A program made the position numbers and the translations under genes. A stretch of 64,000 nt of DNA, taken from Squalus acanthias. Its lineage: Eukaryota. The notes beneath the pieces are model-generated. The model was not told where the DNA came from and did not search any database. It saw nothing but the letters and a program-made list of their open reading frames with translations. Where the stretch lies: contig CM059431.1 in NCBI GenBank assembly GCA_030390025.1, positions 155,994,001 to 156,058,000 on the forward strand, in the 5' to 3' direction. Positions 1 to 12,997 of this stretch are shown here, piece after piece. Numbering within the stretch: position 1 is the first letter of the stretch; each line of letters begins with the position of its first letter.

Positions 1-3000
1 GATTACGCAGAGTGTCAGACAACCGTGGGCTACACAGAGTGAAGGAGTACACTGGGCTACACAGATTGTCAGAGTACCCTGGACTACACAGAGTGTCAGA
101 GTAACGTGGGCTACACAGATTATCAGAGGACCCTGGACTAAACAGAGTGTGAGAGTACCCTGGACTACACATAGTGACAGAGAACCCTGGACTAAACAGA
201 GTGTCAGAGAACCCTGGACTACACAGAGTGTTAGAGTATCTTGGACTACACAGAGTGTCAGAGTACCCTGGACTACACAAATTGTTTGAGAACCGTGAGT
301 TACACAGAGTGTCAGAATACATTGGACTACACAGAGTGTCAGAGTAACCTGGACTACACAGAGTGTCAGAGTACCCTGGACTACACAGAGTGTCAGAGTG
401 CCTTGGACTACATGAATGTCAGAGTACCGTGGGCTGCACAGAGTGTCAGATTACCTTGGACTAAACAGTGTCAGAATACCCTGGACTACACAGAGTGTCA
501 GAGTACCGTGGACTAAACAGAGTGTCAGAACACCCAGGACTACACAGAGTGTCAGAGAACCCTGGACTGCACAGAGTGTCAGAGTACACTGGACTACACA
601 GATTGTCAGAATACCGTGGGCTAAATAGAGTGTCAGTGTATCCTGGACTACACAAATTGTCAGAGAACCGTGAGTTACACAGAGTGTCAGAATACATTGG
701 ACTGCACAGAGTGTCAGAGTAACCTGGACTACACAGAGTGTCAGAGTGCCTTGGACTACAATGAGTGTCAGAGTACCGTGGGCTGCACAGAGTGTCACAG
801 TACCTTGGACTAAACAGAGTGTCAGAATACCCTGGACTACAGAGAGTGTCAGAGTTCCGTGGACTAAACAGAGTGTCAGAGTTCCTTGGACTACACAGAT
901 TGTCAGAGAAACGTGGGCGACAAAGAGTGTCAGATTACCCTGGACTACACAAAGTGTCAGAGTACCCTGGACTACACAGAGTGTCAGATTATCCTGGTCT
1001 ACACAGAGTGTCAGAGTGATTTGGAATGCACAGAGTGTCAGAGTAGCTTGGACTGCACAGAGTGTCAGAGTACCGTGGACGAAACAGAGTTTCAGAGTAC
1101 ACTGGACTAAACAGAGTGTCAGAGTACCTTCGACTACACAGAGTGTCAGAGTACCCTGGATTACACAGAGTGTCAGAGTACCGTGGGCTACACAGAGTGA
1201 CAGAGTACCCTGGACTACACAGAGCGTCAGAGTACCGTGGGCTACACAGAGTGACAGAGTACCCTGGACTACACGGAGTGTCAGAGTTCCTTGGACTACA
1301 CAGAGTGTCAGAGTACCGTGGACTACACAGAGTGACAGAGTACCCTGGATTACACGGTGTGTCAGTGTTCCTTGGACTACACAGAGTGTCAGAGTACCTT
1401 GGACTACGCAGACTGTCAGAGAACCGTGGGCTACACAGAGTGACAGAGTACACTGGTCTACACAGAGTGTCAGAGTACCGTGGACTACACAGAGTGACAG
1501 AGTACCGTTGCCCACACAGAGTGACAAGGTACACTGGGCTACACAGATTGTAAGAGTACCCTGGACTAAACAGAGTGACAGAGTGCCGTGGGCTACACAG
1601 AGTTTCAGCGTACCCTGGACAACACAGAGTGTCAGAGTACCGTGGACTAAACAGAGTGTCAGAGTACCCTGGACGACACAGAGTGTCAGAGTGACGTGGG
1701 CTACACAGAGTGTCAGAGTAACTTGGACTACACAGATTGTCAGAGTCCCGTGTGCAACACAGAGTGACAGAGTACCCTGGACTACACGGAGTGTCGGAGT
1801 TCATTCTTCTACACAGATTGTCAGAGTCCCGTGTGCTACACAGAGTGACAGAGTACCCTGGACTACACAGAGTGTCAGAGTAAAGTGGACTAAACAGAGT
1901 GTCAGAGTCCCGTGTGCTACACAGAGAGACAGAGTACCCTGGTCTACACGGAGTGTCGGAGTTCATTCGTCTACACAGAGTGTCAGAGTACCGTGGGCTA
2001 CACAGAGTGACAGGGTCCACTGGGCTACAAAGATTGTAAGAGTACCCTGGACTACACAGAGTGCCAGAGAACCCTGGTCTACACAGAGTGTCAGAGTACC
2101 CTGGACTACACAGAGTGTCCGAGTACCCTGGACTACACAGAGTACCAGAGTACACTGGACTACACACAGTGTCAGTGTACCTTGGACTACACAGAGTCTC
2201 AGAGTACCGTGGTCTACACAGAGTGTCAGAGTACCCTGGACTACACAGAGTGTCCGATGACCCTGGACTAGACAGAGTGTCAGAGTACCCTGGACTACAC
2301 ACAGTGTCAGTGTACCTTGGGCTACACAGAGTGTCAGAGTACCTTGGACGACACAGAGTGTCAGAGTACCGTGGTCGAGAAAAAGTGTGAGAGTACCCTG
2401 GACTACACAGAGTGTCAGAGCACCCTGGACTACACAGAGTGTCAGAGTACCGTGGACTACACAGAGTGTCAGAGTGCCTTGGACTTCACAGAGTGTCAGA
2501 GTACCGTCGACTAAACAGAGTGTCAGAGTACCCTGGACTACACAGAGTTTCAGAGTACCGTGGGATACACAGAGTATCAGAGTACCTTGGACGATACAGA
2601 GTGTCAGAGTAGCCTGGACTACACAGAGTGTCAGAGTACCCTGGAGTACACAGAGTGTCAGAGTACCGTGTGACTACACAGAGTTTCAGTGTACCCTGGA
2701 CTACACAGAGTTTCAGAGTACCCTCTACTACACAGAGTGTCAGATTACATTGGTCTACACATAGTGTCAGTGTACCTGGACTACACACAGTGTCAGAGTA
2801 ACTTAGGCTACACAGAGTCTCAGACTCCCGTGGACTACACAGAGTGTTAGAGTACCCTTTTCTACATAGAGTGTTAGAGTACCTTGGACTACACAGAGTG
2901 CCAGAGTACCGTGGACAACACAGAGTGTCAGAGTAGCTTGGAATACACAGAGTGTCAGAGTACCCTGGACTACACAGAGTGTCAGAGAACCCTGGACTAA

Positions 3001-4291
3001 TCAGAGTGTCAGAGTACCCTGGACAACACAGACTGCCGGAGTACCCTATCAACACAGAGTGGCAGAGTAACCTGGACTACATAGAGTGTCAGAGTGTCTT
3101 GGACTACACAGAGTGTCAGGGTACCCTGGACTGCACAGAGTGTCAGCGTACCATGGACTACACAGAGTGTCAGACTACCCGGGACGACACAGAGTGTCAG
3201 AGTACCCTGGACTACACAGAGTCTCAGAGTACCCTGGACTACACAGAGCGTCAGAGTACCCTGGACTACACAGAGTGTCAGTGTGCCTTGGACTACACAG
3301 AGTGTCAGAGTACCCTGGACTACACAGAGTGCCAGAGAGCCCTGGACTACACAGAGTGTCAGTGTATCCTGGACTATACAGAGTATCAGAGTACCCTGGA
3401 CTACACAGTTGTCAGAGTGCCTTGGACTACACAGAGTGTCAGAGTACCGTGGACTACACAGAGTGTCAGAGTACCCTGGACTACACAGAGTGTCCGAGTA
3501 CCGTGGGCCAAACAGAGTGTCAGAGTAACTTGCACAACACGGAGTGCCAGAGTACCCTGGACTACACAGAGTGCCAGAGTACCGTTTACAACAAAGAGTG
3601 TCAGAGTTACTTGGACTACGCAGAGTGTCAGAGTACCTTGGATTACGCAGAGTGTCAGACAACCGTGGGCTACACAGAGTGAAGGAGTACACTGGGCTAC
3701 ACAGATTGTCAGAGTACCCTGGACTACACAGAGTGTCAGAGTACCGTGGGCTACACAGATTATCAGAGTACCCTGGACGAAACAGAGTGTTAGATTACCT
3801 TGGACTACACAGAGTGTCAGAGTACCGTGAACTACACAGAGTGTCTGAGTACCCTGGACTACACAAAGTGACAGAGTACACTGGGCGACGCAGAGTGTCA
3901 GAGTACCCTGGACTACACACAGTGTCAGAATACCTTGGACTACGCAGAGTGTCAGAGAACCGTGGGCTACACAGAGTGACAGAGTACCGTGGACTACACA
4001 AAGTGTCAGAGTACCTTGGACTACACATAGTGTCAGATTATTCTGGATTACACAGAGTGTCAGGGTACCCTGGTCTACACAGAGTTTCAGAGTACCTTGG
4101 ACTAAACAGAGTGACAGGGTACACTGGGCTACACAGATTGTAAGAGTACCCTGGACTACACAGACTGTCAGAGTACCCTGGACTACAAAGGGTCTCAGAG
4201 TACCCTGGATTACACAGACAGTCAGAGTACCCTGGTCTGCACAGAGTGTCAGAGCACATGGGACTACTCAGAGTGTCAGAGTACCCTGGAC

Positions 4292-7200
4292 TACACAGAG
4301 TGTTAGAGTGCCTTGGACTACACAGAGTGTCAGAGTACCGTGGACTACACAGAGTGTCAGAGTGCCTTGGACTACACAGAGTTTCAGAGTACTGTAAACT
4401 AAACAGAGTGTCAGAGTACCCTTGACTACACAGAGTGTCAGAGTACCGTGGGATACACAGAGTATCAGAGTACCTGGGACTACACAGAGTGTTAGAGTAC
4501 CCTGGACTACACAGAATGTCAGAGTACCCTGGACTACACAGAGTGTCAGAGTACCGTGGGATACACAGAGTATCAGAGTACCTTGGACTGCACAGAGTGT
4601 CAGAGCACTTGGGACTACACAGAGTTTCAGTGTACCCTGGACTACACAGAGTGTCAGAGTAACCTCTACTACACAGAGTGTCAGATTACATTGGACTACA
4701 CATAGTGTCAGTGTACCTGGACTACACAGAGTGTCAGAGTAACTTAGGCTACACAGAGTCTCAGACTACCGTGGACTACACAGAGTGTTAGAGTACCCTT
4801 TTCTGCATAGAGTGCCAGAGTACTTTGGACTACACAGAGTGCCAGAGTACCGTGGACAACACAGAGTGTCAGAGTACCTTGGACTACACAGAGTGTCAGA
4901 GTACCCTGGACTACACAGATTATCAGAGTACCCTGGACTAAACAGAGTGTTAGATTACCTTGGACTGCACAGAGTGTCAGAGTACCGTGGACTACACAGA
5001 GTGTCTGAGTACCCTGGACTACACAAAGTGTCAGAGTACCTTGGACTACGCAGAGTGTCAGAGAACCGTGGGCTACACAGAGTGACAGAGTACCGTGGAC
5101 TACACAAAGTGTCAGAGTACCTTGGACTACACATAGTGTCAGATTATTCTGGATTACACAGAGTGTCAGGGTAACCTGGTCTACACAGAGTGTCAGAGTA
5201 CCTTGGACTAAACAGAGTGACAGGGTACACTGGGCTACACTGATTGTAAGAGTACCCTGGACTACACAGACTGTCAGAGTACCCTGGACTACAAAGAGTG
5301 TCAGAGTACCCTGGATTACACAGACAGTCAGAGTACCCTGGTCTGCACAGAGTGTCAGAGCACATGGAACTACTCAGAGTGTCAGGGTACATTGGACTAC
5401 ACATAGTGTCAGTGTACTCTGGACTACACACAGTGTCAGAGTACCTTAGGCTACACAGAGTCTCAGAGTACCGTGGACTACACAGAGTGTCAGAGTACCT
5501 TGGACTACACAGAGTGTCAGAGTACCTTGGACTACACAGAGTGTCAGAGTACCCTGGACTACACAGAGTGTCAGAGTACCTTGGACTACGCTGAGTGTCA
5601 GAGAACCGTGGCCTACACAGAGTGTCAGAGTACCGTGGGCTTACACAGAGTGTCAGAGTACCTTGGACTATACGGAGTGTCAGAGTACCTTGGACTACAC
5701 AGAGTGTCAGACTACCGTTTACTACAAAGAGTGTCAGAGGACCTTGGACTGCACAGAGTATCACAGTACCGTGGGCTAAACAGAGTGACAGAGTACACTG
5801 GGCTACACAGAGTGTTAGAGTACCCTGGACTACACAGAGTGTCAGAGTACCTTGGACTCCGCAGAGTGTCAGAGAACCGTGGGCTACACAGAGTGACAGT
5901 GTACACTGGGCTACACAGAGTGTCAGAGTATCCTGGTCTACACAGAGTGTCAGATTAACGTGGGCTACACAGAGTATCAGAGTACCCTGGACTAAACAGA
6001 GTGTTAGATTACCTTGGACTACACAGAGTTTCAGAGTACCGTGGACTACACAGAGTGTCTGAGTACCCTGGACTACACAAAGTGTCAGAGTACCTTGGAC
6101 TACATATAGTGTCAGATTATTCTGGATTACACAGAGTGTCAGGGTACCTTGGACTACACAGAGTGACAGGGTACACTGGGCTACACAGATTGTAAGAGTA
6201 CCCTGGACTACACAGATTGTCAGAGTACCCTGGACTACAAAGAGTGTCAGAGTACCCTGGATTAAACAGACAGTCAGAGTACCCTGGTCTGCACAGAGTG
6301 TCAGAGCACATGGGACGACTCAGAGTGTCAGAGTACCCTGGAATACACAGAGTGTTAGAGTGCCTTGGACTACACAGAGTGTCAGAGTACCGTGGACTAC
6401 ACAGAGTGTCAGAGTGCCTTGGACTACACAGAGTTTCAGAGTACTGTAAACTAAACAGAGTGTCAGAGTACCCTGGACTACACAGAGTGTCAGAGTACCG
6501 TGGGATACACAGAGTATCAGAGTACCTGGGACTACACAGAGTGTTAGAGTACCCTGGACTACACAGAATGTCAGAGTACCCTGGACTACACAGAGTGTCA
6601 GAGTACCGTGGGATACACAGAGTATCAGAGTACCTTGGACTGCACAGAGTGTCAGAGCACTTGGGACTACACAGAGTTTCAGTGTACCCTGGACTACACA
6701 GAGTGTCAGAGTAACCTCTACTACACAGAGTGTCAGATTACATTGGACTACACATAGTGTCAGTGTACCTGGACTACACAGAGTGTCAGAGTAACTTAGG
6801 CTACACAGAGTCTCAGACTACCGTGGACTACACAGAGTGTTAGAGTACCCTTTTCTGCATAGAGTGCCAGAGTACTTTGGACTACACAGAGTGCCAGAGT
6901 ACCGTGGACAACACAGAGTGTCAGAGTACCTTGGACTACACAGAGTGTCAGAGTACCCTGGACTACACAGATTATCAGAGTACCCTGGACTAAACAGAGT
7001 GTTAGATTACCTTGGACTGCACAGAGTGTCAGAGTACCGTGGACTACACAGAGTGTCTGAGTACCCTGGACTACACAAAGTGTCAGAGTACCTTGGACTA
7101 CGCAGAGTGTCAGAGAACCGTGGGCTACACAGAGTGACAGAGTACCGTGGACTACACAAAGTGTCAGAGTACCTTGGACTACACATAGTGTCAGATTATT

Positions 7201-8499
7201 CTGGATTACACAGAGTGTCAGGGTAACCTGGTCTACACAGAGTGTCAGAGTACCTTGGACTAAACAGAGTGACAGGGTACACTGGGCTACACTGATTGTA
7301 AGAGTACCCTGGACTACACAGACTGTCAGAGTACCCTGGACTACAAAGAGTGTCAGAGTACCCTGGATTACACAGACAGTCAGAGTACCCTGGTCTGCAC
7401 AGAGTGTCAGAGCACATGGAACTACTCAGAGTGTCAGGGTACATTGGACTACACATAGTGTCAGTGTACTCTGGACTACACACAGTGTCAGAGTACCTTA
7501 GGCTACACAGAGTCTCAGAGTACCGTGGACTACACAGAGTGTCAGAGTACCTTGGACTACACAGAGTGTCAGAGTACCTTGGACTACACAGAGTGTCAGA
7601 GTACCCTGGACTACACAGAGTGTCAGAGTACCTTGGACTACGCTGAGTGTCAGAGAACCGTGGCCTACACAGAGTGTCAGAGTACCGTGGGCTTACACAG
7701 AGTGTCAGAGTACCTTGGACTATACGGAGTGTCAGAGTACCTTGGACTACACAGAGTGTCAGACTACCGTTTACTACAAAGAGTGTCAGAGGACCTTGGA
7801 CTGCACAGAGTATCACAGTACCGTGGGCTAAACAGAGTGACAGAGTACACTGGGCTACACAGAGTGTTAGAGTACCCTGGACTACACAGAGTGTCAGAGT
7901 ACCTTGGACTCCGCAGAGTGTCAGAGAACCGTGGGCTACACAGAGTGACAGTGTACACTGGGCTACACAGAGTGTCAGAGTATCCTGGTCTACACAGAGT
8001 GTCAGATTAACGTGGGCTACACAGAGTATCAGAGTACCCTGGACTAAACAGAGTGTTAGATTACCTTGGACTACACAGAGTTTCAGAGTACCGTGGACTA
8101 CACAGAGTGTCTGAGTACCCTGGACTACACAAAGTGTCAGAGTACCTTGGACTACATATAGTGTCAGATTATTCTGGATTACACAGAGTGTCAGGGTACC
8201 TTGGACTACACAGAGTGACAGGGTACACTGGGCTACACAGATTGTAAGAGTACCCTGGACTACACAGATTGTCAGAGTACCCTGGACTACAAAGAGTGTC
8301 AGAGTACCCTGGATTAAACAGACAGTCAGAGTACCCTGGTCTGCACAGAGTGTCAGAGCACATGGGACGACTCAGAGTGTCAGAGTACCCTGGAATACAC
8401 AGAGTGTTAGAGTGCCTTGGACTACACAGAGTGTCAGAGTACCGTGGACTACACAGAGTGTCAGAGTGCCTTGGACTACACAGAGTTTCAGAGTACTGT
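4292..8499 (+). repeat. Near-identical tandem higher-order duplication, period 2052 bp (76 monomers)
   Basis: Identical ORF pairs at offset 2052 (4785/6837, 5144/7196, 5298/7350, 5473/7525, 5595/7647, 6001/8053). The rare variant ACTGTAAACT occurs at 4391 and 6443. Boundaries approximate. Confidence 0.93.
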
Positions 8500-9269
8500 G
8501 GACTAAACAGAGTGTCAGAGTACCCTGGACTACACAGAGTGCCAGAGTACCGTGGGATACACAGCGTATCAGAGTACCTTGGACTACACAGAGTGTCAGA
8601 GTACCCTGGACTACACAGAGTGTCAGAGTACCCTGGACAACACAGAGTGTCAGAGTACCGTGGGATACACAGAGTATCAGAGTACCTTGGACTGCACAGA
8701 GTGTCAGAGCACATGGGACTACACAGAGTTTCAGTGTACCCTGGACTACACAGAGTGTCAGAGTAACCTCTACTACACAGAGTGTCAGATTACATTGGAC
8801 TACACATAGTGTCAGTGTACCTGGAATACACACAGTGTCAGAGTAATTTAGGCAACACAGAGTCTCAGACTACCGTGGACTACACAGAGTGTTAGAGTAC
8901 CCTTTTCTGCATAGAGTGTCAGAGTACCTTGGACTACACAGAGTGCCAAAGTACCGTGGACAACACAGAGTGTCAGAGTGTCTTGGACTACAGTGAGTGT
9001 CAGGGTACCCTGGACTGCACAGAGTGTCAGCGTACCATTGACTACACAGAGTGTCAGACTACCCTGGACTACACAAAGTGTCAGAGTACTTTGGACTACA
9101 CATAGTGTCAGAGAACCGTGACTAAACAGAGTTTCAGAGTACCTTGGACTACGCAGAGTGTCAGAGAACCGTGGGCTACACAGAGTGTCAGAGTACACTG
9201 GACTACACAGAGTGTCAGAGTACCCTGGACTACACAGAGTGTCAGAGTACCCTGGACTACACAGAGTGT

Positions 9270-10180
9270 CAGGGTGCCTTGGACTATACAGAGTGTCAGA
9301 GTACCCTGGACTACGCAGAGTGCCAGAGAGCCCTGGACCACACAGAGTGTCAGAGTAACCTGAACTACACAGAGCATCAGAGTACCCTGGACTACACAGT
9401 TGTCAGAGTACCCTGGACTACACAGAGTGTCCGAGTACCGTGGACTAAAGAGAGTGTCAGAGTACCTTGCACAACACGTAGTGCCAGAATACCCTGGACT
9501 ACACAGAGTCCCAGAGTACCGTTTACAAGAAAGAGTGGCAGAGGTCCTTGGACTACACAGAATGTCAGAGTACCTTGTATTACGCAGAGTGTCAGACAAC
9601 CGTGGGCTACACAGAGTGAAGGAGTACACTGGGCTACACAGAGTGTCAGAGTACCCTGGACTACACAGAGACTCAGAGTACCCTGGACTACACAGAGTGT
9701 CAGAGTACCCTGGACGACACAGAGTGTCAGAGTACCTTGGACTATACAGAGTGTCAGAGTACCCTGGACTACGCAGAGTGCCAGAGAGCCCTGGACTACA
9801 CAGAGTGTCAGAGTAACCTGAACTACACAGAGCATCAGAGTACCCTGGACTACACAGTTGTCAGAGTGCCTTGGACTACACAGAGTGTCAGAGTACCGTG
9901 GACTACACAGAGTGTCAGAGTACCCTGGACTACACTGAGTGTCCGAGTACCGTGGGCTATAGAGAGTGTCAGAGTACCTTGCACAACACGTAGTGCCAGA
10001 GTACCCTGGACTACACAGAGTCCCAGAGTACCGTTTACAACAAAGAGTGGCAGAGGTCCTTGGACTACACAGAGTGTCAGAGTACCTTGGATTACGCAGA
10101 GTGTCAGACAACCGTGGGCAACAAAGAGTGAAGGAGTACACTGGGCTGCACAGATTGTCAGAGTACCCTGGACTACAAAG
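9270..10180 (+). repeat. Tandem higher-order duplication, period ~458-512 bp
   Basis: Rare variant TGAACTACACAGAGCATCAG at 9361 and 9819 (offset 458). The variants GCACAACACGTAGTGCCAG and GTGAAGGAGTAC are also each repeated. Boundaries approximate. Confidence 0.75.
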
Positions 10181-12871
10181 AGTGTCAGAGTACCGTGGGC
10201 TACACAGATTATCAGAGTACCCTGGACTAAACTGAGTGTTAGATTACCTTGGACTACACAGAGTGTCAGAGTACCGTGGACTACACAGAGTGTCTGAGTA
10301 CCCTGGACTACACAAAGTGACAGAGTACACTGCGCGATACAGAGTGTCAGAGTACCCTGGACTACACACAGTGTCAGAGTACCTTGGACTACGCAGAGTG
10401 TCAGAGAACCGTGGGCTACACAGAGTGACAGAGTACCTTGGACTACACAAAGTGTCAAAGTACCTTGGACTACACATAGTGTCAGATTATTCTGGATTAC
10501 ACAGAGTGTCAGGGTAACCTGGTCTACACAGAGTGTCAGAGTACCTTGGACTAAACAGAGTGACAGGGTACACTGGGCTACACAGATTGTAAGAGTACCC
10601 TGGACTAAACAGACTGTCAGAGTACCCTGGACTACAAAGAGTGTCAGAGTACCCTGGATTACATAGACAGTCAGAGTACCCTGGTCTGCACAGAGTGTCA
10701 GAGCACATGGGACTACTCTGAGTGTCAGTGTATCCTGGACTACACAGAGCTTCAGAGTACCCTCTACTACACAGAGTGTCAGGGTACATTGGACTACACA
10801 TAGTGTCAGTGTACCCTGGACTAAACACAGTGTCAGAGTACCTTAGGCTACACAGAGTCTCAAAGTACCGTGGACTACACAGAGTGTTAGAGTACCCTTG
10901 TCTACATTGAGTGTCAGAGTACCTTGGACTACACAGAGTGCCAGAGTACCGTGGACTACACAGAGTGTTAGAGTACCCTTGTCTACATTGAGTGTCAGAG
11001 TACCTTGGAGTACACAGAGTGTCAGAGTACCTTGGACTACGCAGAGTGTCAGAGTACCTTGGACTACACAGAGTGTCAGAGTACCGTTTACTACAAAGAG
11101 TGTCAGAGGACCTTGGACTACACAGAGTGTCAGAGTACCGTGGACTACACAGAGTGTCAGAGGACCTTGGACAACACAGAGTGTCAGAGTACCCTGGACT
11201 ACACAGAGTGTCAGAGTACGTTGGACTCCGCAGAGTGTCAGAGAACCGTGGGCTACACAGAGTGACAGTGTACACTGGGCTACACAGAGTGTCAGAGTAT
11301 CCTGGTCTACACAGAGTGTCAGATTACCGTGGGCTTCACAGAGTATCAGAGTACCCTGGACTAAACACAGTGTTAGATTAACTTGCACTACACAGAGTGT
11401 CAGAGTACCGTGGGCTGCAAAGAGTGTCAGAGTACCTAGGACTGCACAGAGTGTCAGCGTACCATGGGCTGCACAGAGTGACAGAGTACCCTGGACTAAA
11501 CAGAGTGTCAGAGTACCGTGGGCTCCACAGAGTGTCAGAGTACCTTGGACTACACGGAGTGTCTGAGTACCTTGGACTACACAGAGTGTCAGACTACCGT
11601 TTATTACAAAGAGTGTCAGAGGACCTTGGACTACACAGAGTGTCACAGTACCGTGGGCTAAACAGAGTGACAGAGTACACTGGGCTACACAGAGTGTAAG
11701 AGTACCCTGGAGTACACAGAGTGTCAGAGTACTTTGGACTCCGCAGAGTGTCAGAGAACCGTGGGCTACACAGAGTGACAGTGTACACTGGGCTACACAG
11801 AGTGTCAGAGTATCCTAGTCTACACAGAGTGTCAGATTACCGTGGGCTACACAGAGTATCAGAGTACCCTGGACTAAACACAGTGTTAGAGGAACTTGGA
11901 CTACACAGAGTGTCAGAGTACCGTGGGCTGCAAAGAGTGACAGAGTAACCTGGACTAAACAGAATGTCAGAGTACCTTGGACTACACAGAGTGTCAGACT
12001 ACCCTGGACTACACAGAGTGTCAGTGTACCTTGGACTACACAGATTGTCAGAGAACCGTGGACTACACAGAGTGCCAGAGTACCTTGGACTACGCAGAGT
12101 GTCAGCGAACCGTGCGCGACACAGAGTGTCAGAGTACCTTGGACTACACAGAGTGTCAGAGTATCCTGGACTACACAGAGTGTCAGAGTACCCTGGACTA
12201 CACAGAGTGTCAGAGTACCCTGACTACACAGAGTGTCAGAGTACCCTGGACGACACGGAGTGTCAGAGTACCGTGGGCTGCACAGAGTGACAGACTTCAC
12301 TGGGCTACACAGTGTGTCAGTGTACCCTGGACTACACAGACTGTCAGAGTACCCTGGACTGCACAGAGTGTCAGAATACCCTGGACTACCCAGAGTGTCA
12401 GAGTACCGTGGGCTACACAGAGTGTGAGAGTACCTTGGACTACACGGAGTATCAGAGTACCTTGGACTACACAGAGTTTCAGAGTACCCTCTACTACACA
12501 TTGTGTCAGGGTACATTGGACTAAACATAGTGCCAGTGTACCCTGGACAACACACAGTGTCAGAGTACCTTAGGCTACACAGAGTGTCAGAGTACCGTGG
12601 GCTACACAGAGTGTCAGAGTACCTTGGACTACACGGAGTGTCTGAGTACCTTGGACTACACAGAGTGTCAGACTACCGTTTATTACAAAGAGTGTCAGAG
12701 GACCTTGGACTACACAGAGTGTCACAGTACCGTGGGCAAAACAGAGTGACAGAGTACACTGGGCTACACAGAGTGTAAGAGTACCCTGGAGTACACAGAG
12801 TGTCAGAGTACTTTGGACTCCGCAGAGTGTCAGAGAACCGTCGGCTACACAGAGTGACAGTGTACACTGGG

Positions 12872-12882
12872 CTACACAGAGT
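12872..12882 (+). repeat. Target-site duplication, left copy (CTACACAGAGT)
   Basis: Identical to 13224-13234. The offset to the sister block rises from 1079 bp before the insert (TTATTAC at 11601 vs 12680) to 1431 bp after it (TATCCTAG at 11811 vs 13242). The difference is +352 = 341 insert + 11 duplicated bases. Confidence 0.9.
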
Positions 12883-12919
12883 TGAGAGGTCGCACAACAC
12901 CAGGTTATAGTCCAACAGT

Positions 12920-12925
12920 TTTATT
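12920..12925 (-). promoter_or_regulatory. Putative polyadenylation signal AATAAA with downstream GT-rich tract
   Basis: Plus-strand TTTATT is AATAAA on the minus strand, 5 nt 3' of the hammerhead. It is followed ~17 nt later by TGGTGTTGTGCG. Confidence 0.55.
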
Positions 12926-12930
12926 TGAAA

Positions 12931-12968
12931 TCACAAGCTTTCGGAACTATCGCTCCTTCCTCAGGTGA
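12931..12968 (-). ncRNA. Minimal type I hammerhead ribozyme motif (PLE-type)
   Basis: Minus strand 12968->12931 reads UCAC CUGAGGA A GGAGC GAUA GUUCC GAAA GC UU GUGA. The CUGANGA and GAAA core boxes are present. Stem I is UCAC/GUGA, stem II is GGAGC/GUUCC (one G-U) with a GAUA loop, and stem III is reduced to the palindrome AAGCUU. Predicted cleavage is after CUU, between 12935 and 12934. Confidence 0.8.
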
Positions 12969-12997
12969 AGTAAATTGGATACAGAATCGTCAGAGCA

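Larger units (their letters stand above)
1..12882 (+). repeat. 27-bp tandem satellite array (left arm), consensus GGACTACACAGAGTGTCAGAGTACCYT
   Basis: Direct reading: continuous head-to-tail 27-bp monomers with point variants (CCTGG/CTTGG/CGTGG/ACTGG after GTAC) and occasional 1-2 bp indels. All ORFs here are 9-aa periodic (YTECQSTLD, WTTQSVRVP, GLHRVSEYP, TLCVVQGTL, CSPGYSDTL). The array runs off the left window edge. Confidence 0.99.

Noticed and set aside
2165..2171. RSS heptamer CACAGTG in some monomer variants (consensus CACAGAG is heptamer-like)
   Set aside because: No ACAAAAACC-like nonamer at 12 or 23 bp spacing and no V/D/J segments. It is a one-base variant of the satellite.
8491..8505. 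CCGTGG -> CTGTGG / CCATGG variants as a CpG methylation-decay signature
   Set aside because: Such variants exist, but CCGTGG remains very common and transversions are also frequent. I cannot show an excess without counting.
12673..12915. ORF starting inside the insert (MDYNLVLCDLS...) and reading into the satellite
   Set aside because: It starts at TTG, has only ~11 non-satellite codons, and then becomes ordinary satellite translation.
12900..12915. Insert words TTGGACTA and TAACCTGG (minus strand) match satellite words, suggesting homology-guided targeting or a satellite origin from the element
   Set aside because: 8-mer matches between 341 bp (two strands) and a variant-rich 27-mer are plausible by chance, and the matches are not at the junctions.
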